Below are positions 19,416 through 26,432 of a stretch of DNA of 28,171 bases, one piece after another. Under the pieces are notes generated by a model, which saw only the letters and a list, made by a program, of their open reading frames with translations, ran no database searches and was not told where the DNA came from. Position 1 is the first letter of the stretch. Each line of letters starts with the position of its first letter. This stretch comes from Candidatus Latescibacterota bacterium. GTDB taxonomy: Bacteria; Latescibacterota; UBA2968; UBA8231. The DNA lies in the NCBI GenBank assembly GCA_965205655.1, contig CBDBIJ010000085.1, positions 1 through 28,171 of the forward strand. The letters are read 5' to 3'. The position numbers and the translations under genes were made by a program.

Positions 19416-20468
19416 CTCGAACACTCCTTTCAGGTCCATGTGGACCCTCTAATGTGTCCAAGAAAACCCTGGGGCGCTGGATACTACATCTCCGGGATTG
19501 CTGCTGGACTGGATGATGCGGTTAAGAAGAGCTAGCGGTTTCTGCGTGGGATACCCGACACGTTCCTTGCTGTTGAGTACCGGTACCACGTCCATCCAAA
19601 TATCTTGGAGCGGAACGCCGGGCATCTCATCGAGATATCGTTTATACCGAGGCACGCGCCCAGGTGCGGTCTGCATAATGCGCCCGACATCTATCAACTC
19701 CTGCATCTTCTCGCGGGAGTAACGCCAATAGCGCGTCACTCCCATGACCTCGTATTGTGGGTTTCCCTTCGCGGCCCCGCCGGGGCCGGTAAGGTTGTCA
19801 AGCGTGTATCTCCGACCTGTTTCTTCCTCCTCGTAGCGATAAAAGGTACGGACGTAATCAGCATCGTAATCGGTGTAGATTGGATTCCAAGTCCATGAGT
19901 CTCCTGTTGTGTAGTAAAGGAGAACATCGTGGATTCTGCCGTGTTGGCGGCGGCCCTGCTTCGTATCGCTATGGGCGCTGGTGCGCTTCCAAATGATTTC
20001 ACTACGAAACCTGTTATCTCCAAAGACGGCATCCATTTCCATCTTCAAGTAGTGACCCGCAGTTAGATCACAATGCAGGTAGATAGATCCTGTATCCTTC
20101 AAGATGCGCCGCATCTCCAGCAGGCGCACACCCATCATGATGAGATAGCTCATCATGTCCTTGCCGTGAGCCAGGCCGGCCGCATCAATGATGCCGTGCA
20201 AGGCAGGCTCCTGTTCTGCAAGTTCGCCGTGCCACGCTTCGTCCAAGTCGTTCAGACTCCAGGTATCCTTGAACGCGGCACCGGCGGCCTGCGAGCCTAT
20301 GGGCGCTGAGTAGTTCTTGTTGCTGTTGAACGGGGGGTCGAGGTAAATGAGATCGACGGACTCACTGTTCATGCCGCGCATGATGTGCAGATTGTCGCCG
20401 GTCCAGATGGTCCGGTTCTTCCAGTTCGGCTTTGCCATCAGGAAATCAGCTCCCTATATTCAGGGATC

Positions 20469-20699
20469 ATGAATAAGACAAGTCCAGAACATTGCGGCGG
20501 GAGACTCAAGCCCGGCTGGAAGGAAAGTATACGGGAAAAGCTGGAGGCCGAAGATAGGCCGACTACGCGGTCGGTAGATCAGGCCCCTGACTGGTATACC
20601 GGCTCTGTTGCCTGGGATCTACTTTCTTTCGATGAGCGAATCGACCTTTGCTCCGAGCAATTCAAAATTTGCATGGAGCGATTTGAGAGACGCGGATAG
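20469..20699 (+). CDS. Small hypothetical protein A2 (GGRLKPGWKE motif), antisense overlap with 20619-20864
   Basis: ATG 20469 preceded by AGGGA; apparent paralogue of 17149-17343. Confidence 0.6.
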   Translation: MNKTSPEHCGGRLKPGWKESIREKLEAEDRPTTRSVDQAPDWYTGSVAWDLLSFDERIDLCSEQFKICMERFERRG

Positions 20700-20864
20700 G
20701 TCTTCGATCCTCTTGTCCTGAATAGTCCGATTCAGTTCCAGAAGCACCTTCGCCACCTCGGTTTTGTCGCTTGACAGCGTCACTCCATGCAAGTGCTTGC
20801 GCAGATATATCCGCAAAACTTCCAGATCTTTTTCCTCCTCGGCTTTATATTGATCTTCAGTCAT
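20619..20864 (-). CDS. Small hypothetical coiled-coil protein B2 (81 aa)
   Basis: AAGGA RBS; heptad pattern KRIEDLSASLKSLHANFELLGAKVDSL. Confidence 0.65.
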   Translation of the reverse strand: MTEDQYKAEEEKDLEVLRIYLRKHLHGVTLSSDKTEVAKVLLELNRTIQDKRIEDLSASLKSLHANFELLGAKVDSLIERK

Positions 20865-20889
20865 GGAAACCTATCCTTTCTATGGCTAA

Positions 20890-20963
20890 GCCTGTTCGCG
20901 GGCCTGATACCCGTGAAAGGCAAAGGTAGTGGAACCCGACCGGACAATCCGGCCAGATTCCAC
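20890..20963. other. Two adjacent stem-loops in the transposase-cargo spacer (candidate structured RNA)
   Basis: GCCT-g-TTCGCGGG/CCCGTGAA-AGGC (20890-20921) and GTGGAA..CCGGA/TCCGG..TTCCAC (20929-20963). Confidence 0.45.
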
Positions 20964-21026
20964 CAAGTGGCTGCAACAGCGGGCTATACCATCTACAGTT
21001 AGTCGCTGCGTGTCAACATAATCGTC

Positions 21027-21974
21027 TCACGTGGTAGTGGCGATCAGCTCCCGATACTGTAGCCTTTTCCCAACCAGCCCAGAGGCGGTGGCGATCATCT
21101 GGTCGATAGTGTCGCGGTCTCGGATGTTGTGGCGTCCGGCGAACTCGCTGACGTACCGCTGTAAGTGTTTCGGAGACATCCGGTGATACGTCCCGTGAAA
21201 TCCCCGCTTCATCATGCTCCAGAAGCTTTCCATTCCGTTCACGTGCGCCATGCCCCGGACATACTCGCCGATGGAATGCTTGACGCTTTCGTGCTTGGCT
21301 ACGTGGTCGAAATTGGCGTAGGCCACCGCGTCGTCGCTGTACATCGTACCGCCCTTCTGGACGTGCTGCTTGGCGAATCCCTGCAAGGTATCGGCCTTGG
21401 TATCGGGCACGACCTCGGCGGCGATCTGGCCGGTCTCTCGATCCTTGGCACCCGCTACGGCCGTTTTTCCTACAGTGCCCCGTCCGGCATACAGCTTCTG
21501 GTCCGGGTGCTTATTCGACTCCTTTCCGCCGAAGAACGCCTCGTCAACCTCGACGGCGTTCCCGTTCAGGCCCGTTCCCTTTTCCCACGTCTGGCGGATA
21601 CGGTGAGCCATATGCCAAGCGGATTTCTGGGTCAGGCCAACGTCCCGGTGCAGCTTCATGCTGGAAACGCCTTTGAGGTTGGTGTTCATCAGGAAGATGG
21701 CGAGCGCCCATTTCTGAAATCCGATCTTGGAATCGGCCATAACGGTCCCGGTGCGAACACTGAAATACTTCCGGCAGGAGCGGCAATGGTAGGGCATGGT
21801 CGGATGCTTGGCACCCGTCTGGACGTTATCGGAACCACAGTGGGCGCAGGTTACTCCGTTCGGCCATCTGACTTCGGCGAACCACTTATGGGCGGCCTTG
21901 TCGTCGGGGAACATTTCGATGATTTTCGTGAGTGTTAAGCCCTTGCGGTGGTTTTTTCCGGGTGCGTTTGCCAT
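21027..21974 (-). CDS. IS1595-family transposase (Zn ribbon, HTH, ISXO2-like DDE domain)
   Basis: RWPNGVTCAHCGS..CRSC..FSVRTGT, KSAWHMAHRIR, VEVDEAFFGG, YSDD..Y, HVNGMESFWSMMKRG, YVSEFAGRHN. Confidence 0.96.
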   Translation of the reverse strand: MANAPGKNHRKGLTLTKIIEMFPDDKAAHKWFAEVRWPNGVTCAHCGSDNVQTGAKHPTMPYHCRSCRKYFSVRTGTVMADSKIGFQKWALAIFLMNTNLKGVSSMKLHRDVGLTQKSAWHMAHRIRQTWEKGTGLNGNAVEVDEAFFGGKESNKHPDQKLYAGRGTVGKTAVAGAKDRETGQIAAEVVPDTKADTLQGFAKQHVQKGGTMYSDDAVAYANFDHVAKHESVKHSIGEYVRGMAHVNGMESFWSMMKRGFHGTYHRMSPKHLQRYVSEFAGRHNIRDRDTIDQMIATASGLVGKRLQYRELIATTT

Positions 21975-22011
21975 GATTCCGTCTCTCTTTTACCTGATGA
22001 ATTATGATATA

Positions 22012-22040
22012 AAGATAGACAGAAAAGGCCGGAAAGTCAA
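22012..22040 (-). promoter_or_regulatory. Transposase promoter
   Basis: TTGACT-N17-TATCTT just inside the inverted repeat, facing the transposase. Confidence 0.6.
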
Positions 22041-22046
22041 GGGATT

Positions 22047-22070
22047 TGTCTACTCACATATATAATTCCC
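22047..22070 (-). repeat. IS1595 terminal inverted repeat, transposase-proximal
   Basis: Reverse complement GGGAATTATATATGTGAGTAGACA; 22/24 identical to 17109-17132. Confidence 0.92.
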
Positions 22071-22078
22071 AATAGAAA
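22071..22078 (+). repeat. 8-bp target-site duplication, right copy (AATAGAAA)
   Basis: Identical to 17101-17108; ends 4 nt before the murA ATG. Confidence 0.92.
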
Positions 22079-22082
22079 GACT

Positions 22083-23354
22083 ATGGCTGCCGAAGAAGTT
22101 CTTTATATCGAAGGCGGGACGAAGCTCACCGGCGAGGGGGAGGCGCAGGGGGCGAAGAACGCGGCGCTGCCGATGATAGCGGCCTCAGTGCTGGCGGAGC
22201 AGGGCCAGACGGTCCTCCACCGAGTGCCGCCGGTGAAGGATGTTCTCGTCGCCCTCGAGATTCTGCGCCAGCTCGGCGCGAAGGTCGACTTCGACGCGGC
22301 CGCCGGGGATCTCGTCATCGATGCCTCCGGGATTCACACGACAGCTCTTCCAGCGGATCTCACCGGTCGCATGCGGGCGTCAATTCTCTTCGTGGGGCCG
22401 CTGCTGAGCCGATTCCGCACGGTTTCCGTCGAGGAAGTCGGCGGCTGCAACATCGGTGAGCGAGCTACCGATTACCACTATCGCGGATTTGCCCGGATGG
22501 GCGCCAAGGTAGAGGGAACGCGGGCGGGCGGATACAGGGTCGAGGCCGAGAAGCTCATCGGAGCGAACATGTACTGTGACCTCCCATCTCACACGGGGGT
22601 CGAGAATCTGGTGATGGCGGCGAGCCTGGCGAAGGGTGAGTCGACGATCGTCAACGCGGCGTCAGATCCCGAGATCGCCGATTTCGCCCAGCTCTTGGGT
22701 AAGATGGGGGCCCAGGTGGAGGGTGTGGGGACGCGAACGGTGCGCATCCGCGGAACCGGCCGTCTGCGCGGCGCCGAACACACGGTCATGTACGACCGCC
22801 TCGATGCGGCCATGCTGATGATGGCCGGTGCCATCACCGGGGGGGACATCGCGCTGAAGGGTGTCAACCGGGCGTATCTCGAGGTGTTTGAAGCGAAACT
22901 GTTGCAGATGGGTGTCGAAATCGACGAAGCCGGCGAGTGGGTGAGCTGTCGCGCGCCAGAATCGCTGTCACCCATCAACGTCGTGTCGACCTACTATCCC
23001 GGTTTTCCGACCGATCTGCAGCCCAGCATCACCGCCCTTGCCTGTATCGCCGAAGGCGACAGCTACATCAGGGAAACGGTTTTCGAAGACCGGTTCGGTC
23101 ACGTGAAGAGCCTGCGGGCGTTCGGGGCCCAGCTGTCGACGGAGAAGGACGCGCTGATAATCGTCCGCGGGCCCGCCAAGCTCCGGGCGACTCGCATCAA
23201 AGCGGACGACATTCGCGCCGGGGCCGCCTGCGTCCTGGCCGGCCTCGCTGCGAGCGGTCGGACGAGCCTCACCAACCTCTACGAACTCGACCGCGGTCAC
23301 CACAGCATCGAAAAGCGGCTTCAGGGCTTGGGAGCGAAGCTCGAGCGTCTATAG
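22083..23354 (+). CDS. murA: UDP-N-acetylglucosamine 1-carboxyvinyltransferase
   Basis: GAKNAALP, MRASIL, GGCNIGER (catalytic Cys), YPGFPTDLQ, ETVFEDRFGH, DIRAGAA, DRGH. Confidence 0.93.
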   Translation: MAAEEVLYIEGGTKLTGEGEAQGAKNAALPMIAASVLAEQGQTVLHRVPPVKDVLVALEILRQLGAKVDFDAAAGDLVIDASGIHTTALPADLTGRMRASILFVGPLLSRFRTVSVEEVGGCNIGERATDYHYRGFARMGAKVEGTRAGGYRVEAEKLIGANMYCDLPSHTGVENLVMAASLAKGESTIVNAASDPEIADFAQLLGKMGAQVEGVGTRTVRIRGTGRLRGAEHTVMYDRLDAAMLMMAGAITGGDIALKGVNRAYLEVFEAKLLQMGVEIDEAGEWVSCRAPESLSPINVVSTYYPGFPTDLQPSITALACIAEGDSYIRETVFEDRFGHVKSLRAFGAQLSTEKDALIIVRGPAKLRATRIKADDIRAGAACVLAGLAASGRTSLTNLYELDRGHHSIEKRLQGLGAKLERL

Positions 23355-23411
23355 TCGCTAAAGCCGCCCCGGCTCGCAAGCAGTCAGGACTCCCTGGCTG
23401 CTTTTATTATA

Positions 23412-24047
23412 ATGGTGGTGCTGGCCCTCGGCGATGATGCTCTCGCCTCCGACGCATCGACAGCTTCCGGAGACTCAGCTGCCACATCCGCGGAGGCGGT
23501 GGACACGAGCGCCGATGCGACCGAGGTCAGCATCGACTTGTTCGGGAAACCGGCGGACGAGCGGCGGGGTCTCCCACTCGGTGAGGCCGCTCCCGACTTT
23601 CGACTGCTCGATCTGGAAAGACGCCGGGTGAAGCTGACCGAGCTCCGGGGCCGGGTCGTGCTGCTCGACTTCTGGGCCACCTGGTGCAAACCCTGTCGCG
23701 AATCCCTGCCTCATCTGCAGCGCATTCACTCCGACTTCGGGCAGAGCGGGCTGCAGGTGCTGTCGGTCAACGTCGACGTCAGCCTGGGGAAGGTGCAGCC
23801 GTTCATGGAAGAGCACGAATACAGTTTTCCCGTGGTTTTCGCCGACAAGGCGATGGGCAGCGCCTACGAAGTGTTCAGCATTCCCAACTTCTACCTGATC
23901 GACAGGCAGGGCATCCTGCGCTACCACAAGGCGGGATACGAACCAGGCGATGAAGCGCGACTCGAACATGAGGTCATCGATCATCTCGCCCTCGGGACCG
24001 GCGAAGATGAAGACACGGCTCCTCCTGTGAATGACGAGAGCGAGTGA
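23412..24047 (+). CDS. TlpA/ResA-family thiol-disulfide oxidoreductase
   Basis: APDFRL..GRVVLLDFWATWCKPC, IPNFYLIDRQG; start uncertain. Confidence 0.88.
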   Translation: MVVLALGDDALASDASTASGDSAATSAEAVDTSADATEVSIDLFGKPADERRGLPLGEAAPDFRLLDLERRRVKLTELRGRVVLLDFWATWCKPCRESLPHLQRIHSDFGQSGLQVLSVNVDVSLGKVQPFMEEHEYSFPVVFADKAMGSAYEVFSIPNFYLIDRQGILRYHKAGYEPGDEARLEHEVIDHLALGTGEDEDTAPPVNDESE

Positions 24048-24050
24048 GCC

Positions 24051-24392
24051 GTGTCGCGGGAACGAACGCTCAAGCAGTGTCAGCAGGAGGTCGATGACTG
24101 GATCACCACCGTCGGTGTGCGATACTTTTCGGAACTGACCAACACGGCGATCCTGATGGAGGAAGTGGGGGAGGTGGCGCGGCTGATGGCACGTCTCTAC
24201 GGCGACCAAAGCTTCAAGTCAGATGAGGGCAATGCCGACGATTTGGGTATGGAAATGGCCGATGTCCTGTTCGTGTTGATCTGTCTGGCGAATCAGAGCG
24301 GTGTCGATCTCGAAGAGGCCTTCGACCGGGCGATGGCGAAGAAGACCAACCGCGACCGAGAGCGTCACGCCGGCAATCCGAAGTTGAAGTGA
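24051..24392 (+). CDS. MazG-like nucleotide pyrophosphohydrolase (YpjD-type)
   Basis: LMEEVGEVAR..YGDQSFK..EMADVLFVLICLANQSGVDL. Confidence 0.92.
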   Translation: MSRERTLKQCQQEVDDWITTVGVRYFSELTNTAILMEEVGEVARLMARLYGDQSFKSDEGNADDLGMEMADVLFVLICLANQSGVDLEEAFDRAMAKKTNRDRERHAGNPKLK

Positions 24393-24405
24393 GGGATGCT
24401 AACGG

Positions 24406-25794
24406 ATGAGGAGGAGGCGAATCGGAACCTGGGCTGCGTCGATCGCAACGGCCGGTATGCTGAGCGCGACGGCCTGTGATCTTGTGAATCCCGCCGACAG
24501 CGAGGAGTACGAGCCGAGCCGCCTTCCGGTGGGCGAGTTGACAATGGGGGTCTGGCTGCCTGCGGGACTGGAGCAGTTCCGCTTTGACGAAGCAGATCAG
24601 CGACTCCTCGAGGATCTCGGAGTCAACCAGATCGAATGGTTGCAGCGGGCGGAAATCGGTGAGTCGACGGCCGAACAGGTCGCAATGGAGTTCTGCAACC
24701 GCGCCGGTCTGCGGATGCCCGTCTACTACGAGCCGGCGGGGTACTCACCCTACGACAAGCTCCACAACTGGGCCACGCGCACAGAGGTAGATGCCGGTTT
24801 CGACGATGATTTGCGCGAGCGCGTCGTGAGTTTGAAGACCCAGTGGAGTGCGGCTGTCGCGTTTTCGGGGTATCTCATCGGCCACGAGGACTACTCGAAG
24901 AAGTACTACGACGCACTGGCCAGGACGGTCGAGGTGCTGCGCCAGGAGGACCCGCTGCGGCCCGCCATCACGGTCGGTAATATCGAGAGCTACCCAAGCG
25001 TCAACGGCTTTCTGGACGCCTTCTTCATCGAGGCCGACGGCGCTGCGAACGTGTTCCAGCACGAGCACTACGTTTTCAGGGCGGAGACTCCGTCTTCGGG
25101 CCCGGCACTGAAGCGGCAGCTGGATGATCTCGTGGATGGCTACGGCCGGGTTGCGCGGCGGGTGCAGGATCGAAACGGCCGCTGGCACGCCATCGTGCAG
25201 GTGCACGGGGAAACCCGGGAGGGACTGGGACTGAGCGGTCCGTACTATCGCAAGCCGTCCGCGGGCGAGATTCGCGTGCAGGTCGGCCTCGCTTTGGCGC
25301 GGGGAGCCGCCGGGATCATCTACTTCCTGTACAGCTCTGGCACAGAGGAGGTCAGGGACGGAGACGACAGTGTCATCCAGGAACGGCTCTACGAGGGTCT
25401 GGCAGACGATGGAGGCGCGGCGACGCCGGCGTACGAGGCGGTGAAGGGAATCAACCAAGAGCTGGTCCTGTTGAGCCGGGCGCTGGAGGCGCTGCACTTC
25501 CACGGGGGTTATCGGTCCGATCGGCTGCCGCACAACGAGCTCATCCGAGACGCCGACGAAGACCTCGACATCGGCTTTTTCGGAAGCGCGACGTCGCCGA
25601 CGCACATCCTCGTGGTCAATCGGCGAACGGATATCGCGCGTGAGGTGCAATTACAGATTCACGGTGATCATGCTGTGGAGGCGGTCGTCGCGGACGAGCT
25701 GACGATCCGCGACGGCGCGATTTCGTTAGATTTGGAAGCGGGCGGGTTTCGGCTGCTGGAGGTGAGGAGATCGACGACGGAGGATGGTGAGTGA
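24406..25794 (+). CDS. Hypothetical lipoprotein, glycoside-hydrolase-like TIM barrel suspected
   Basis: Basic N-terminus plus lipobox LSATAC; GYLIGHED, DPLRPAIT, P..GEIRVQVGLALARGAAGIIYFLY, beta-rich C-terminus. Confidence 0.6.
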   Translation: MRRRRIGTWAASIATAGMLSATACDLVNPADSEEYEPSRLPVGELTMGVWLPAGLEQFRFDEADQRLLEDLGVNQIEWLQRAEIGESTAEQVAMEFCNRAGLRMPVYYEPAGYSPYDKLHNWATRTEVDAGFDDDLRERVVSLKTQWSAAVAFSGYLIGHEDYSKKYYDALARTVEVLRQEDPLRPAITVGNIESYPSVNGFLDAFFIEADGAANVFQHEHYVFRAETPSSGPALKRQLDDLVDGYGRVARRVQDRNGRWHAIVQVHGETREGLGLSGPYYRKPSAGEIRVQVGLALARGAAGIIYFLYSSGTEEVRDGDDSVIQERLYEGLADDGGAATPAYEAVKGINQELVLLSRALEALHFHGGYRSDRLPHNELIRDADEDLDIGFFGSATSPTHILVVNRRTDIAREVQLQIHGDHAVEAVVADELTIRDGAISLDLEAGGFRLLEVRRSTTEDGE

Positions 25795-25802
25795 GTGAGG
25801 TC

Positions 25803-26068
25803 TCAGGCAGCGGGAATATCGAGGACCTGCTTGAGACAGAGCTCGACCTGATCCATCAACCGCTGGTTGGCGCGTCCGATGCGCCTGAGCCTCTTTCGCT
25901 GCCGGCCGTGATACAGGCGCCGATTGTCAATGGCGCGGCCGTGGATGGATGATCTGTGACGCTGAGAAGATCGCTCTGAATGACCAGCGCTGGACGAGTC
26001 TTTCCGGGCTCGGTCCCTCGTCGGGCACTCAGGTCTGCAACGTAGAAGCAGCCGGGCTCGATGGTCAC
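25803..26068 (-). pseudogene. PemK/MazF-family toxin with an internal deletion and frameshift
   Basis: N-half VADLSARRGTEPGKTRPALVIQSD..HPST (GTG 26068) is joined out of frame at about 25938 to C-half RAIDNRRL..LMDQVELCLKQVLDI* (stop 25803-25805); the central segment is absent. Confidence 0.85.
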
Positions 26069-26331
26069 GGTGTCGACGAGCCCTCGTCCCGGTCGCTCAG
26101 ATCGAAGTCGGCGGCTTCCATCTCTTCGTTCACTATCATGCTCTCGTTGCGGCACCTCGCCGATGCCTCGGCGAACCTTCTCGCCAGAAGATTCCTCTCG
26201 GTTTTCGCATTGTACTGGGCGATCGCCTCGCGGATGTAGGCCGTGCGCGTTTTCGACATTTTTCCAGCGAGGTTGTCGGTTGCCGAAAGCTGTTTCGAGT
26301 CGAGCTTCAAGTTGATCTGAGGCAACGCCAC
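26065..26331 (-). CDS. Ribbon-helix-helix (CopG/MazE-like) antitoxin
   Basis: QINLKLD..DNLAGKMSKTRTAYIREAIAQY; GTGA overlap with the toxin; start GTG 26331 or TTG 26325 after AGGAG. Confidence 0.8.
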   Translation of the reverse strand: MALPQINLKLDSKQLSATDNLAGKMSKTRTAYIREAIAQYNAKTERNLLARRFAEASARCRNESMIVNEEMEAADFDLSDRDEGSSTP

Positions 26332-26346
26332 AGGCTCCTGGAAGGA

Positions 26347-26370
26347 CGTATATACAAATCGTATATACAA
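26347..26370. promoter_or_regulatory. Probable toxin-antitoxin autoregulatory operator
   Basis: CGTATATACAA twice, 13 bp apart, each containing the palindrome GTATATAC, just upstream of the antitoxin. Confidence 0.7.
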
Positions 26371-26432
26371 TTTAGTACATGCAGAAAGGATTATAGATCA
26401 CAAGGCGCGACCTTCCCCGATTTGGGAGATAG

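Larger units (their letters stand above)
18141..19481 (-). mobile_element. IS3-family insertion sequence (1341 bp), with IS2-like ends
   Basis: Imperfect inverted repeats TGTAAAGCCCTGGGTTTCTGGACAC / TCCAGCGCCCCAGGGTTTTCTTGGACAC; 4-bp duplication TACT at 18137-18140 and 19482-19485; orfA plus orfB. Confidence 0.92.
17702..20438 (-). pseudogene. Beta-class N6/N4 DNA methyltransferase fused to a C-terminal HNH endonuclease, interrupted by an IS3 element
   Basis: 5' part (20438-19482): DLIYLDPPFNS, GSIYLHCD, YPTQKPLALL. 3' part (18136-17702): LDPFCGCAT, then CTGC..DHITPRSQGGTDHPENLQLLCGACNSTKG. Joining the halves gives an intact 463-aa ORF reading NPGDVV|LDPFCG. Confidence 0.92.
17109..22070 (-). 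mobile_element. IS1595-family transposon with passenger genes (4962 bp; about 3617 bp without the nested IS3)
   Basis: 24-bp terminal inverted repeats at 22/24 identity, 8-bp target duplication typical of IS1595, and an IS1595/ISXO2-like DDE transposase at the right end. Confidence 0.93.

Noticed and set aside
17702..21026. HNH plus nearby hairpins as an IscB/OMEGA-like RNA-guided nuclease
   Set aside because: No RuvC, bridge helix or PLMP motifs; the HNH is fused to a methyltransferase and the transposase is DDE-type, not IS200/IS605.
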